DNA of 64,000 nt from an uncultured virus (IMG/VR IMGVR_UViG_3300027747_002957) (IMGVR_UViG_3300027747_002957); one strand, 5' to 3'; shown: positions 38,421 through 51,326, counted from the first letter of the stretch. Numbers and translations are program-made. The notes: generated from the letters alone by a model not told the origin.

Positions 38421-40145
38421 ATGGCTGTTCCTAACATCATAGCTGCTACGCCGTTCCAGGCCAACGTCAGCATTGACTACAGCGGTAACAACAACAATTG
38501 GTTCGTGAACAACGTGGGCATGACCAGCTCAACCCTGACCTATGACATCATGCCTGACGTGCCAGCTGACAGCAGCAACACAGCTGCCAATTGGAGCGTG
38601 CTCAGTGTGGCTGCTACGGTGGTTTACGGGTCGATCACAAATGGTTCTCTGACCTTTGTTAACAACAACAGCGCCCACCAGGGATTGCGCGGTACTCAAA
38701 CATTTCCTACTTCTGGCAAATTCTATTTTGAAGGCACCATAACCTCGGCAACCGCTGGCGGCATAGCAGCTGCCATAGGCATAGCCACCATAGCTGCCAG
38801 CTTGACGCAATATCCAGGCGCCGTCGCCGGGGCCTATGCCATATATGCTTCCAGCGTCGGATTCCTCTATTTCAACGGGTCGCAGATAGCAAGCATTGGC
38901 GCGTTTGCTGCCGGTGCCGTGCTGCAAGTAGCCTATGACACGGCCACTGGCAATCTGTGGTTAGGCGTCAACAACAGCTGGTATGATTCTGCTGGTGGCA
39001 CCACTGGCAATCCCAGCACCGGTGCTAACCCAACCATGACCGTGGCCAGCAGCCTCACGCTCTATCCATATTTGGATCTATTCAACAACACCATGAACGT
39101 GAACTTTGGCCAGCTGTCTTGGGCCTACACGCCGCCAACTGGTTTTGGTGCGCTCAACACTTTCACCGCAACAAGCTATGGCAATTGGTGGGGCAATGGC
39201 AATACCTATCCTGACCTTACTTGGATCAAGAGCAGGAGCAATGCCACCAACAACATGCTCATGGACACTGTGCGCGGACCTGGCCTTTACAACAGCAGCG
39301 ACACTAGCAATCCGCAGTACGGTTCTGGCGGCGCCTACAACTGGAGCAAGTATGGCCTAGTGCTGGCCAATGATGCTAACACCAACGTGGCAGGCAACAC
39401 ATACGTGTTATGGGGATGGAGTGCCGGTCAAGGCAACACGATAGTCAATGGCAGTGGAAGCATCACGTCGGCTGTTAGCGCCAACCCCACAGCTGGATTC
39501 AGCATAGTCAGCTACACTGGCAATGGTTCACCTGGTGCTACCATTGGTCATGGGCTAGGTGTTGCACCCAGCATGATCATCATTAGGAGCCTGTCACCGG
39601 GACTACAGGATTGGCCTGTTGGTCACGCGGGTGTTAACAATGGTAGCAGCCCGTGGAATTACAAGATGCTGCTTGATCTCACAAACTCACAGAGTGCAGA
39701 CGCGAACGTGTGGAACAACACAGCACCAAGCAGCGCTGTGTTCACGGTAGGACCAGGAGGATTGGTAAACCTTGCTGCCAACAGCTACATCGCATACTGT
39801 TGGACCCCAGTATCAGGTTACAGTGCCTTTGGTTCATACACTGGCAATGGCAGCACTGACGGGCCGTTTGTGTACACTGGCTTCCGTCCGCGATGGATCA
39901 TGTACAAATCGGCTACAGAAAGTTCATACTGGAACATATTTGACACTGCTAGGTCAACCTACAATGTTGACGGACCCTATCTCAATCCCAACGTGAACAG
40001 CGCAGAAGGATCGACCACATTGATAGACATACTCAGCAATGGATTCAAATTGCGCACGTCATCGTCAGGTAACAACACCAGTAGTGCAACATACATATAC
40101 ACAGCTTTCGCGGAGAACCCGTTCAAGTATGCGTTGGCAAGATAG
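38421..40145 (+). CDS. SPRY-like plus PDLTWIKSR/AGFSIVSYTGNG-domain fibre protein
   Basis: TAAATA at 38385; GKFYFE...NFGQ segment; C-terminal YIYTAFAENPFKYALAR. Confidence 0.7.
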   Translation: MAVPNIIAATPFQANVSIDYSGNNNNWFVNNVGMTSSTLTYDIMPDVPADSSNTAANWSVLSVAATVVYGSITNGSLTFVNNNSAHQGLRGTQTFPTSGKFYFEGTITSATAGGIAAAIGIATIAASLTQYPGAVAGAYAIYASSVGFLYFNGSQIASIGAFAAGAVLQVAYDTATGNLWLGVNNSWYDSAGGTTGNPSTGANPTMTVASSLTLYPYLDLFNNTMNVNFGQLSWAYTPPTGFGALNTFTATSYGNWWGNGNTYPDLTWIKSRSNATNNMLMDTVRGPGLYNSSDTSNPQYGSGGAYNWSKYGLVLANDANTNVAGNTYVLWGWSAGQGNTIVNGSGSITSAVSANPTAGFSIVSYTGNGSPGATIGHGLGVAPSMIIIRSLSPGLQDWPVGHAGVNNGSSPWNYKMLLDLTNSQSADANVWNNTAPSSAVFTVGPGGLVNLAANSYIAYCWTPVSGYSAFGSYTGNGSTDGPFVYTGFRPRWIMYKSATESSYWNIFDTARSTYNVDGPYLNPNVNSAEGSTTLIDILSNGFKLRTSSSGNNTSSATYIYTAFAENPFKYALAR

Positions 40146-40156
40146 GGAGAACAAAG

Positions 40157-40597
40157 ATGTTCATATTAGACGGTAAAGTGCTGCAGATAGACCTACCATT
40201 CACGCACGGAGAACTGCAGTATCCAGCAACTTGGTTGCGCACCAGCAGCCCAGAAGAGAAAGAAGCCATTGGCATCATCGAGATAGCAGAGAAGATCAGA
40301 CCTGACGATAGATTCTACTGGGTAGATGCTGACAACAATGGCACGGCCAAAGACGTGGATCAGCTGAAGACACAATGGACGCAACAGATTGATCAGACGG
40401 CTTACAGCATGCTACAGCCCACTGATTGGTACGTGGTGCGCAAGATGGAAGCCAACGTAGCAGTGCCAGACTCAGTCTCAGCAATGCGCAGCAATGTCAG
40501 AGCCTATGCCAGCCAAGCCAAGGACAGCATCAACAACGTCGCAGTGGTGGAAGATCTGATCAGCGTGGTTACCACGCTGAACTGGCCGCAATCATAG
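40157..40597 (+). CDS. Tail fibre assembly chaperone-like protein
   Basis: YPATWL...EKEAIGI...LQPTDWYVVRKME...WP motifs; RBS GGGAGA; follows a fibre gene. Confidence 0.65.
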   Translation: MFILDGKVLQIDLPFTHGELQYPATWLRTSSPEEKEAIGIIEIAEKIRPDDRFYWVDADNNGTAKDVDQLKTQWTQQIDQTAYSMLQPTDWYVVRKMEANVAVPDSVSAMRSNVRAYASQAKDSINNVAVVEDLISVVTTLNWPQS

Positions 40598-41527
40598 GCT
40601 GGCCAGTTCAATCAAGCAAGCTGCAATGTTGATTTCAGCATCACTGACCAATGCGTGGTCTTTGAGCCTGTTGGCAATGATCACGACGGCGGCGTTCTGC
40701 TTGTCCTCAGTCTTGCCCCACCAATCCAAGTTGCGATACAACAGCTTGTAGATCTCTTCATAGTCCTCTGTGCGGGCGTTGGCACACACGATCTTGCGAG
40801 CTTCATGTATCTTGCCCTGCTTGAAAAGGTTGATGGCAGCAATCATGTAATCCATGGTGCCCTGGCCACCGCCCTTGGCAGGACGCTTGAGCTGACCATC
40901 AGCACAGTTCTGCTGTAGCAGGTTGATGCACTTGCGCAGATCTGGATAGGTAGCAGTGCTGTATTCATCCAGGATCTCCAGATTTTCCGCAGTGAGATCA
41001 ACGCCCTCTGCGATCAAGATCGTAGCGATGCGCTCTACGAACAGCTCACGGTCTAGATGCTCGATATGGAAGCCCTGCGTCCTTGAATGCAGCGCTGGTA
41101 TCACCTTGTTGGGATAGTTACAGGTCAGTATCCAACGGCAGATGTTGCTGTATTCTTCCATCATGTTGCGCAGCATGGCCTGTGCGTTTGGACTGAGATA
41201 GTCTGCCTCATCCAGCAGCACATATCTGAACTCGCCCATGGGCATGGTTTCCACGAATCCAGTCAAGCTGCGCAGATAGTCGATGCCAGTGTTCTGGCTG
41301 GCGTTGATGTACTTGATGTCCATGTCATCCACGCCAAGCTCGTGGAACAGGCACTTGGCCAGCGTGGTCTTGCCGATGCCAGGACCACCGCTCAGCAAGA
41401 GATTGGGTATGTTCTTGTCAGCTATCCAGCCTTCAACCTGTGACCGCTGGGCATCGTTGACCCACACATAGTCCTTGATGCTGGATGGACGATATTTTTC
41501 TACCCAGAGCTTAGTATCTCTTGCCAT
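40592..41527 (-). CDS. Sliding-clamp loader ATPase (RFC small subunit / T4 gp44-like)
   Basis: LWVEKYRP, Walker A GPGIGKTT, YINAS, Walker B LLDEAD, arginine finger LHSRT, DLRKCIN. Confidence 0.92.
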   Translation of the reverse strand: MARDTKLWVEKYRPSSIKDYVWVNDAQRSQVEGWIADKNIPNLLLSGGPGIGKTTLAKCLFHELGVDDMDIKYINASQNTGIDYLRSLTGFVETMPMGEFRYVLLDEADYLSPNAQAMLRNMMEEYSNICRWILTCNYPNKVIPALHSRTQGFHIEHLDRELFVERIATILIAEGVDLTAENLEILDEYSTATYPDLRKCINLLQQNCADGQLKRPAKGGGQGTMDYMIAAINLFKQGKIHEARKIVCANARTEDYEEIYKLLYRNLDWWGKTEDKQNAAVVIIANRLKDHALVSDAEINIAACLIELASL

Positions 41528-41553
41528 GTTCGCTGTTCTCCATGCTACCAGTT

Positions 41554-41582
41554 AGTGTAACACGACAGCAGGTCACAGTCAA
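41554..41582 (-). promoter_or_regulatory. Sigma70-type promoter TTGACT-N17-TACACT (extended -10 TG)
   Basis: Upstream of the GGAGA RBS of the clamp loader. Confidence 0.6.
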
Positions 41583-41586
41583 GGCA

Positions 41587-41919
41587 TCAAGTCTCTATGG
41601 GACAGTCACTGCAGCCCACTATGACCGCGCCCGGCCAGTCTACCTTGCGTATGGTGACTTTGACACCATCTGGGCCTATCACATCGATGCCGCGTGTCCA
41701 GCGACCATGCTTGATCAGCACCCAGTCGCCCACTTCCACTTCGTCAATCTCTGGATGCTTCATCCACACCTGAGCCCAGCGCTCTCTGATGCCGCGTTCC
41801 TTGCCGTTGTCATCCAGCACGATGATGCCGTTCTTGGTGCGGCGCTCACCTTGTTCGATGTTGTGTACCAGCACGGTGCCGCGCACTGGTTCAAGGGTGT
41901 TGAATTCCACAGCAGCCAT
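41587..41919 (-). CDS. groES: Co-chaperonin GroES/Cpn10-like protein
   Basis: LEPVRGTVLV, mobile loop RTKNGIIV, VEVGDWVL. Confidence 0.8.
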   Translation of the reverse strand: MAAVEFNTLEPVRGTVLVHNIEQGERRTKNGIIVLDDNGKERGIRERWAQVWMKHPEIDEVEVGDWVLIKHGRWTRGIDVIGPDGVKVTIRKVDWPGAVIVGCSDCPIET

Positions 41920-42278
41920 CAGTCAGTGTCTACCACGCGCCTGCGAGGCACAGCTGCTGCGGGCTTGCTGGGACTGGGATCAAAGTCTTGATCGTCGCTC
42001 ATCAACACTGGTTTCTGCTTGGGAGCCAGCGCGGCCAAGGCCTGCTCCAGCTTGTCTGGACCCTTGATGTCCACGGGCTTTGGCGCGTTCTTGGCGCGTG
42101 CTGCTGCCCATTCTGCTTCGATCTGTTCCTGGGTCTTGAGGACCACGCCGTTTGGTCCCAGCTTGTCGCCACGGGCGTTGAGGCTGGCATTGCCAACCGC
42201 GCGCTGATCACCGTGTACCTGGCGCAGACGCTCCATGTCGATTATCTCGCCCCTCATGCTCATGTGCTTGCTAGCCAT
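41919..42278 (-). CDS. Hypothetical protein upstream of GroES
   Basis: RBS AGGAGA, TAAATA at 42302-42307, AVGNASLNARGD motif. Confidence 0.7.
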   Translation of the reverse strand: MASKHMSMRGEIIDMERLRQVHGDQRAVGNASLNARGDKLGPNGVVLKTQEQIEAEWAAARAKNAPKPVDIKGPDKLEQALAALAPKQKPVLMSDDQDFDPSPSKPAAAVPRRRVVDTD

Positions 42279-42304
42279 GTGTATCTCCTGATATCATCAC
42301 ATAT

Positions 42305-42823
42305 TTACTTCAGGAATTCGCTGACATCAAGATTGAATTTGATTGGATCTATCCTGTTGATGCCTATGAGGAACAGCACGTAGCTGCTCACGCTGCTGCC
42401 TCGTCCAACGCCCCAGACCACATTCTTGGATCTCAGATGGTCAACAATGTAGATCAAGTGACGCAGCACTGGCAGCATGTCGCGTGCTTCAAACAGCAGC
42501 ATCTCTTCGCAGACTCGCTCGCGCTGATCGTCATCGTGGCATCTGTCCAAGCAATAGCTCAGCACATCAAGCTCAGCGTAGCGTGAGGGTGTCTGCCAAC
42601 GATCATACCATGCCTGCTGGCTTAGCTGCTGCGGATCAGTGATCAGCTTTGGTAGATCCATGTCCAACAGCTTGATGCTGTGCTCATAGAGATCCGCATC
42701 TTCGTGCGGTTCTATCACACAGCCATCCAGATCGCTGCCAGCATACAGAGCTTCCACAGCACCATCAGTGCTGAGTATCACCGTGCCATCGCCTGCGATC
42801 CATCTGTTGCCTAGGTCAATCAT
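42305..42823 (-). CDS. DNA polymerase III alpha (DnaE)-like fragment (172 aa)
   Basis: GVGRGSSVSSYVLFLIGINRIDP matches the DnaE GxGRGSxxxSLxxYxLGITxxDP motif. Confidence 0.8.
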   Translation of the reverse strand: MIDLGNRWIAGDGTVILSTDGAVEALYAGSDLDGCVIEPHEDADLYEHSIKLLDMDLPKLITDPQQLSQQAWYDRWQTPSRYAELDVLSYCLDRCHDDDQRERVCEEMLLFEARDMLPVLRHLIYIVDHLRSKNVVWGVGRGSSVSSYVLFLIGINRIDPIKFNLDVSEFLK

Positions 42824-43496
42824 CCGTGGTAACCAGCCTGAGTTTGAAGTTGGGGCGTATGATCTCCGCTGACTTTGTCTCCACGGTTTCCATGGGCTTG
42901 ATCAGAGTGTACCAATCCATTATTATGCCTGGTTTTGCTGTGATGTCATCTTCTGGACCACAGATCACGTCTATCATGCCTGCATCTGCCCGATGCCACC
43001 ATGGTAATGGGAAGTAACAGCGCTCGCCCATCCAATCCTTTTGGCTGGGCAGTATCTCGTTGGGATCGCCGTCAAACCACATGCCAAATCCGTTGCTGTG
43101 ATCAGTGGTCATGTGGCTGCCGCTGATGTTGACCATGCCAGAACCTATGGCCTGCAGCTTGGCATGCACCAGCATGTGCAGCAGGAAATCATTGGGATCT
43201 GCTGGCGAGAACATAAGCAGATTGTTGAGCTTGTCCAACCATTCTGATCCGGCATCTCTGTCACAGGGCACAGCTATGCAGCCTTCGAGGCAGTTGTCCA
43301 ACCAAAACTTCTGGCGAGTGATCAGCTCTGCCTGCTTGTCCTTGGGGCAACCGCTGACCACGTCCAGGTTGAAGTCAAAGTGGCATTCTATGATCTGCAG
43401 GCTGCTGTCCATGACGCGCATGAACCTATGGCTGCTGCTAAGCGTGGTACCGACCATGCCCTCAGCTCGCTTTGGCATCTGTGGCATCCGTGTCAA
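42816..43496 (-). CDS. Hypothetical protein
   Basis: Long ORF tightly packed in a minus-strand operon; start uncertain. Confidence 0.65.
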   Translation of the reverse strand: MTRMPQMPKRAEGMVGTTLSSSHRFMRVMDSSLQIIECHFDFNLDVVSGCPKDKQAELITRQKFWLDNCLEGCIAVPCDRDAGSEWLDKLNNLLMFSPADPNDFLLHMLVHAKLQAIGSGMVNISGSHMTTDHSNGFGMWFDGDPNEILPSQKDWMGERCYFPLPWWHRADAGMIDVICGPEDDITAKPGIIMDWYTLIKPMETVETKSAEIIRPNFKLRLVTTDD

Positions 43497-43707
43497 TCAC
43501 CACACCGCTGACTTGATCAAGCTGTTGGTTGCGACGCTGTTTCTCGTATTCAAGGCCCTGAAGAAGCATGTCAAGCTGTCCAAGAACCTGCTGGTCCATG
43601 CCCATGCGCTTGGCCGCATACCAGCGACTGTTGAGCTGCGTGAGCTTCTTTTCTAGATCTTCGTGGCTGAGCTTGGTTAGGTCGTCTGTTAATGGATGTT
43701 CATTCAT
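43462..43707 (-). CDS. Small coiled-coil hypothetical protein
   Basis: HPLTDDLTKLSHEDLEKKL helical pattern; operon context. Confidence 0.65.
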   Translation of the reverse strand: MNEHPLTDDLTKLSHEDLEKKLTQLNSRWYAAKRMGMDQQVLGQLDMLLQGLEYEKQRRNQQLDQVSGVVIDTDATDAKAS

Positions 43708-43738
43708 GTGTGTATGTTACTGGCAAATGCTGCTGTCA

Positions 43739-44020
43739 TCAACCACGCTGATTTATTATGCGTACCTTGACAGTTGGTTCAGCAAACATGGGGTTGCTGA
43801 CCTTGTAACCATGCCCACAGTCTGCGCAGTAGAAGGTCACGTTCTTGAATATCACGTTGGTGAAATCAAAGCTGGCTGTGTTGGCACACTCTGCGCAGGT
43901 AAATGGCACTCTGCCCAGGCTCACATGCGTCTCTGTGCTGGTCAATCTGTCCACTAAAACGTCTGTAAGCTGCTTGCGCCGCTTGCGAGCCCGTGGGAAT
44001 TTTATGATGTTGTTGGCCAT
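43739..44020 (-). CDS. Zinc-ribbon protein
   Basis: CAEC...CADC; RBS GGAGG; TAAATA at 44043-44048. Confidence 0.65.
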   Translation of the reverse strand: MANNIIKFPRARKRRKQLTDVLVDRLTSTETHVSLGRVPFTCAECANTASFDFTNVIFKNVTFYCADCGHGYKVSNPMFAEPTVKVRIINQRG

Positions 44021-44085
44021 ATCAGCCGCCTCCCTGCGCAGATATTTACCGGGTCACAGCGCGATCTGGGGTGTAAAAAGCCGAT

Positions 44086-44418
44086 TTAGCCAGGGTTTAC
44101 GCTGAACCCAGTGGCAGTGATGCTGCAGTTACCCTGGGTGGTGCTGACCAACACGCTGTCACCGCTGTTCAGTGCCACGCCTGCCACGGCAAACACGCCG
44201 TTGGCCAGTATGGGTGTGTTGTAAGCTATGTATCTACTGGGGTCTGGGCTGTCACCGCTGGGCAGCAGTTCTATGCTGAAGCTGTCTGCCGTGCTGCCTT
44301 GGTTGCAGACGAACAAGCTGATCTGTGCCTGCTTGTCGTTGGCCACTGTGAGCAGATTGGTCTGTATGTTGGCTACTGGTTTGGCCTGTCCGAATATCTG
44401 TGGCGTGGTAGTGGTCAT
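44086..44418 (-). CDS. Small beta-rich virion protein
   Basis: RBS AGGA; follows structural genes. Confidence 0.6.
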   Translation of the reverse strand: MTTTTPQIFGQAKPVANIQTNLLTVANDKQAQISLFVCNQGSTADSFSIELLPSGDSPDPSRYIAYNTPILANGVFAVAGVALNSGDSVLVSTTQGNCSITATGFSVNPG

Positions 44419-44427
44419 GTCATGTCC

Positions 44428-45720
44428 TCACAATGTTATGTAGGTCGCGTCGACCTTTACCGTGTTGCCTGCGGCGTTGCCGCTGTAGATCAGCTGCATC
44501 ATGCTGCCATCGTTGGCAGCCAGTATCGTGCCCAGGGTGGGCGGCCCCATGGGATTGGTGTTGGTGCTGTTGAGATTGGCATAGATCAGCTGATAGTCGT
44601 CACCATCCTGATGCATGACCAACAGCTTGGTGATCTCCACATCTCCCACGCTGTTGATGACCTGCACAGTATAGTCAGCAGAGCGATAGTCCAACAGCGA
44701 CCAAGAATCAATAGCCACACCTATCACGCCAACTGACACCGGGGCAGCATTGGCAGTGTTTGGCAGGTTCCACTGGATACCACCGTCCACATCCAAGCGT
44801 GATTGCGGCTCTGTGATGCCTATGCCCATGCGCCCGCTCTTATCCACCAAGACCACTATGCTGCTGTCATCTAGATTAGCATCGTTGTTGAGTCCTGTGT
44901 GCAGCGTGAGGTTGCCTGTCTGCCCTATGCGCATACCTGCTACCCAATCTGATGCGGTCTGCTGCAGGACAACACCTACTGTGCTGTTGGCATCAGCAGT
45001 CTCTAGCCTCACGCCGTTGTCGCTGTTGGGATAGATGCTGTAGAAGTTGCCTATGTCGGCCTGGCCGTCTGCATATACCTCGAGATAACCACTGGGACCA
45101 CCAGCTGCTGCCTGAGACAAAGCACCCACTGCTAGGCCGTTGAGATTGAACTGCGCGGCATTGATGCCATTGAACTGTATGTTCAGCGTGTCAGCAGTGA
45201 TGCTGTCTGCGTTGGCTATGTTGAGGTTGGCTTGCCCAACGCTGCTGTTGTTGGTGCTGCTGAGGCTCACCGTGGGATAGCCAGCATCCACCCCAGTGAT
45301 GTTAAGCGCTGCTTCGTTGAAATCGCCCTGAATGGCCAGAAAATTGTGTATCTTGGTGGCGTTGGTGTCCAAGGCATAGTTGGTATCGGGCATGGTCACG
45401 TCTATGATCAGCGTCTGCGTGTCATAGTCATACTGCAGCGCAGTGTCGCCTGATACCACGCCCAGCGCGTTGTACTGCACGCTGTAGTTGACTCCGCCAG
45501 CTGCGGCATTGGCCACAGCTATCACGGTGTTGATCACAACATCGCCTGTGCCGCCGTCGATGATGGCATTGCCAGAGGCATCACCAACCAGCACTATGTT
45601 CTTGCTCTGCAGGTTTTCAATCTCTACCTTGATCGCGGAGAAATTGTCCCTGAATCCTTTGCTGCTCTGGTCTATACCAGGTACGGGATAGTTTGGATTG
45701 ACTAGACTGCCTATGGCCAT
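44428..45720 (-). CDS. Virion structural/fibre protein
   Basis: N-terminal YPVPGIDQSSKGFRDNF is shared with 45758..47911; GRMGIG motif; C-terminal IDSW...YRSADYTVQV...LLVMH domain; TAAATA at 45743. Confidence 0.7.
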   Translation of the reverse strand: MAIGSLVNPNYPVPGIDQSSKGFRDNFSAIKVEIENLQSKNIVLVGDASGNAIIDGGTGDVVINTVIAVANAAAGGVNYSVQYNALGVVSGDTALQYDYDTQTLIIDVTMPDTNYALDTNATKIHNFLAIQGDFNEAALNITGVDAGYPTVSLSSTNNSSVGQANLNIANADSITADTLNIQFNGINAAQFNLNGLAVGALSQAAAGGPSGYLEVYADGQADIGNFYSIYPNSDNGVRLETADANSTVGVVLQQTASDWVAGMRIGQTGNLTLHTGLNNDANLDDSSIVVLVDKSGRMGIGITEPQSRLDVDGGIQWNLPNTANAAPVSVGVIGVAIDSWSLLDYRSADYTVQVINSVGDVEITKLLVMHQDGDDYQLIYANLNSTNTNPMGPPTLGTILAANDGSMMQLIYSGNAAGNTVKVDATYITL

Positions 45721-45757
45721 GATGCGATCCTATGCTAGGCAGTATTTATCGGCTCAA

Positions 45758-47911
<2,154 letters not shown>

Positions 47912-47945
47912 GGCTCGCCACTGTTGTGTGGAGTATTTATCGGAG

Positions 47946-50735
47946 CTATGCCACCACGTTGTGTCCAGAGATCTGCTGCGTGACTACCCTGATCAGCCTG
48001 CGCAGCTGCGTCACGCTCTGTGTGGGTATGGCCCCATCATCGAAATCAGTGGCATAGAGATCAAATATGGTGAAATCGCTGTCAAATCGCGTGAGACCCC
48101 AGGCATAGTAAGCCAGCTGCTGCCAAGCAGCAAAGTCATCATCAAACCTGGTGTTGCCCTGGTTGAACAGCGTGAGATCCTGATCCAGTATGGTATCTCT
48201 GGGTTCCAGCCATTCGGTGAAGAACGTGGTACCACCGTCGAAGCTGGTAAAGCTCTGGTCCAGCGTGGTGTCTCCGGTCCAGTTGATGCCCTGTAGTTCG
48301 AGGATCACGTGCTGCAGTGGCCACCTCCTGTACCACAGCTGAGCTGCGGTGTCGGGTGTGGTGTTGCCCACCACCAACGCGCCGTAGGGTTGATACACAG
48401 TGCCCAGGGTCAGCACTGGTTCCCAGCTGCTCTGCCACTGTGGCAGCTGTTCGCTGCCGCCTGTGGCTATAACCGTGGTTCCCACCGCATAGCCATTGCC
48501 GCTGCTCTGGATCCAAGTGTTACCCAGCCCCAGCTTGATCTCTACCACAGCAGGCTGTCCCTGGTCATTGGTCAGCAGTGTAACACCGGCTGGCCAGCTG
48601 GAATACTCGCCGCCGTCGGTGATGCTCAGCTCTGTGATGCTGCCCTGTGCATCAACGTTGCTTACCCTGAGCTGTGCCGGCGACACCGCAGGTTGTGGCA
48701 GCAGTATCTGATCACCCGGCTGCCACCCTGTGCCGCCCACTGCCACGTTGGCAGTGATGATGGTCAGATTTGCTCCCAGCACAGCGCCGTTGCCTGTGCC
48801 CAGCACGTTAAGCTTTGGCCCGTAGAGATAGCCAAGGCCTGGATTGACTATGGCCGCTCCTATGACCGCTGTGGTGGTTGGATCTACCAAGGCCAACAGC
48901 TGTGCACCCTGGCCTTGGCCATCGTTGACCCAGCCCAGCCCTGCTATGAGATCGTTCCTGATGTTGACCAAGCTGGGTGGATAGGTTAATGCCAGTCCCA
49001 GCTGCCAGTTGGAATAGGTGCCGCTGCCGCTGACCATGGTAGCAGCTATGACCATGGTGATGCCGCGCGGTCCGTAGCTTGTGATCGGTCCCTGCAGCCA
49101 GATGTTGGGGGAACCAACCAATGTCAATCTCACAGCTGTACCGCTCTTGGCGCTGGCCAACCACGGCGCGCTGCCAGGGGCCACTATCACGCTGACAGTG
49201 CCCTGTGCTACCGTTACCGTGCCTGTTGCAGCTGTGACCACGTTGTCAGCCTGCGCATACTGCCGTGCTGCACCAGCATCTGCGTCCAGTATGGGGCTGT
49301 AGAACAGCGTGCTGCTGGGGCTCACGTTGACGTTGGTGGCTGTGCCTATCATCAGCTCGGTGGTGTTGAGATTTAGATTGCCCCAGTACATGGCCATGGC
49401 TGGATCGTCGATGGCATAGTTAAGGCCAGTGATCAGCTGCACGAACGGCGGATACAGCACGCTGGTAGGCGTGGTCTGGCTGTTGGGAACCCAGCGAGGA
49501 TCAACCGTGTCGCCTATGTAGTTGTAGTAGGCATCCTTGAGTGGGCCTTCCACGGGTATGGTTAGGTCCATGCTCTGGTACTGCGTGCTCTGCGTGACCG
49601 TGAGCCTGAACTGGCGAGTGATGGTCTGCACGCTGTCCTGCGCTATGATGTCGAACTCATAGCTGCGAGTGCGAGTCTGGTACTCCAAGAAACCGCTGAT
49701 CTGCCCATTGCTGCGGTCAAGGACCATGCCTCTGGGCAAGATGCCCCCTACCAAGCTGTACCTAATGCCACCGCGTGTGCTGTTGGCTGCGCAGTCCAGC
49801 ACGATGAACTGTGCATCCTGATGCGTGCCCATGTCACTGGGACTGACCCAATACAGCGTGTTGCTGGGACTGACCGGGCTGGCTATGATATCAAAGGTCC
49901 TTGAAGTGCTGCCACTGTTGCTAGCTGCGCTGACCGTGAACTGATAAACCGTGATCACGTACACAGTGGGAACCATGCCATATATCAGCCCTGTGCTGGT
50001 CAGTTCAAAAGGGAATGATGGTGTGCTGTTGACCAGAGAATAGCTGACGTCGCCGCCGCTGCTGTCATAGGCCTCTAGTGCCAGCTCCACGAAGGATCCA
50101 GCTGACACCAGCTCCAGCAGACCACTCTTGGTTACCCAGGCAGGAGCATGCGGCACTGTCAAGAGATCTATGGTAACGGCCAAGTCGCTGTACAGAGACC
50201 CAGTGGTGGCTCGCAGCGTGAAGGCAGTGGTCTGATCAGCTGTGATGCTGGGAGCAGCATAGGTTATCTGGCCCGTGGTACCATTGATAGAGATGCCAGC
50301 AGGTGGGGCAAAAGCAGCTATGCTGTAGGTTATGGGCAGCGTGCCAGTGGTGTGTGCTGTGACATTATAGGTGCTGGTGGTGGCACTGGCAGCATAGCCG
50401 AGGAAGGTGGGCTGTCCAACCCAGTCTGGCGGCACTGCCACAGGGTTGATCTGAAGACTGTAGGTGCGATCTGCCACCGAGCCGTAGGGATCAGTCACTC
50501 GCCATGTTATCGTGCTTCTGCTGACCACCAGCGTGGCAGTGCTCTCTCCGTAGACTTCCACATTGCTGCCCACGGTCAACCATGCCAGGCCCGATGGCAA
50601 GGCGCCGTTGATCTGAGACACGGTGTTGCCTGAGTGAGCATTGAACTCTACAACTATGGGGTCAATGTTGAAGCTGTAGGTCGCGCTGTATACACCGAGA
50701 TTGCTTGGCGTGATCCAGACTGGAGGTGTGTGCAT
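47946..50735 (-). CDS. Baseplate/virion protein with Ig-like repeats
   Basis: Repeated PxWxT...LPxG...GxIxG Ig-like units; C-terminal TxFD repeats; TAAATA at 50763. Confidence 0.6.
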   Translation of the reverse strand: MHTPPVWITPSNLGVYSATYSFNIDPIVVEFNAHSGNTVSQINGALPSGLAWLTVGSNVEVYGESTATLVVSRSTITWRVTDPYGSVADRTYSLQINPVAVPPDWVGQPTFLGYAASATTSTYNVTAHTTGTLPITYSIAAFAPPAGISINGTTGQITYAAPSITADQTTAFTLRATTGSLYSDLAVTIDLLTVPHAPAWVTKSGLLELVSAGSFVELALEAYDSSGGDVSYSLVNSTPSFPFELTSTGLIYGMVPTVYVITVYQFTVSAASNSGSTSRTFDIIASPVSPSNTLYWVSPSDMGTHQDAQFIVLDCAANSTRGGIRYSLVGGILPRGMVLDRSNGQISGFLEYQTRTRSYEFDIIAQDSVQTITRQFRLTVTQSTQYQSMDLTIPVEGPLKDAYYNYIGDTVDPRWVPNSQTTPTSVLYPPFVQLITGLNYAIDDPAMAMYWGNLNLNTTELMIGTATNVNVSPSSTLFYSPILDADAGAARQYAQADNVVTAATGTVTVAQGTVSVIVAPGSAPWLASAKSGTAVRLTLVGSPNIWLQGPITSYGPRGITMVIAATMVSGSGTYSNWQLGLALTYPPSLVNIRNDLIAGLGWVNDGQGQGAQLLALVDPTTTAVIGAAIVNPGLGYLYGPKLNVLGTGNGAVLGANLTIITANVAVGGTGWQPGDQILLPQPAVSPAQLRVSNVDAQGSITELSITDGGEYSSWPAGVTLLTNDQGQPAVVEIKLGLGNTWIQSSGNGYAVGTTVIATGGSEQLPQWQSSWEPVLTLGTVYQPYGALVVGNTTPDTAAQLWYRRWPLQHVILELQGINWTGDTTLDQSFTSFDGGTTFFTEWLEPRDTILDQDLTLFNQGNTRFDDDFAAWQQLAYYAWGLTRFDSDFTIFDLYATDFDDGAIPTQSVTQLRRLIRVVTQQISGHNVVA

Positions 50736-50765
50736 GGTGATCCCGGCTGTGGTTTGGCGGGATAT

Positions 50766-51326
50766 TTATGGTAGCTGCTGTGGCAGCTCCTCGTAGGTCC
50801 ATGCCCTTACCACGCCTACCACTGTGGCAGGTTCGATCATGCGCACCATGACCATGTCTGATTCATCTCTGAGATAGAGTATGGGGAAATGGTGTCCTCG
50901 ACCCAGCCTCAGCTGTCGGCTGTCGGTGCCCAGGGTATTCTTGACCCAGTCAGCAAGCACTGTGCCGGAACCATTCCTGCAGTAGAACCTCACGCTGTAT
51001 CTGTAGCGGTTGTAGTAGAGCCTTTCCCTGAGGTTGATCTCCACGCCGCTGATCAGCAGCCTCTCTGCTTCGTCATCAAAAGGTTGCCTCACCATCAGCA
51101 CCCTGTCTTGGTATTCTTCTAACAGCAGGTCTTGATCCTCTCTGGTGGTATAGAAGCTCATGCTCTGGCGCGACCTGTTGCTGTATTCGCTGTAGGTACG
51201 GAACTTGCTGCGCAGATTGCGATTGGCCCATGCCTTGTGATCATCGCTGGGATCACAGGCTATCTGCGTCACATGAGTGTAGCGACTGTACAACAGCTTA
51301 GTGGTCCAAGCTATCCTAGCTGCCAT
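50766..51326 (-). CDS. Hypothetical protein
   Basis: ATG at 51326 overlaps the end of the IscA gene. Confidence 0.6.
   Translation of the reverse strand: MAARIAWTTKLLYSRYTHVTQIACDPSDDHKAWANRNLRSKFRTYSEYSNRSRQSMSFYTTREDQDLLLEEYQDRVLMVRQPFDDEAERLLISGVEINLRERLYYNRYRYSVRFYCRNGSGTVLADWVKNTLGTDSRQLRLGRGHHFPILYLRDESDMVMVRMIEPATVVGVVRAWTYEELPQQLP

Noticed and set aside
17575..40145. Diversity-generating retroelement acting on fibre tips
   Set aside because: I found no reverse transcriptase and no repeat pair differing only at adenines; repeat differences are mostly synonymous.
40592..41527. Eukaryotic giant virus or archaeal origin suggested by the RFC-like gene and collagens
   Set aside because: Shine-Dalgarno sites, sigma70 promoters, GroES, the DnaE fragment and S74 fibres indicate a bacteriophage.
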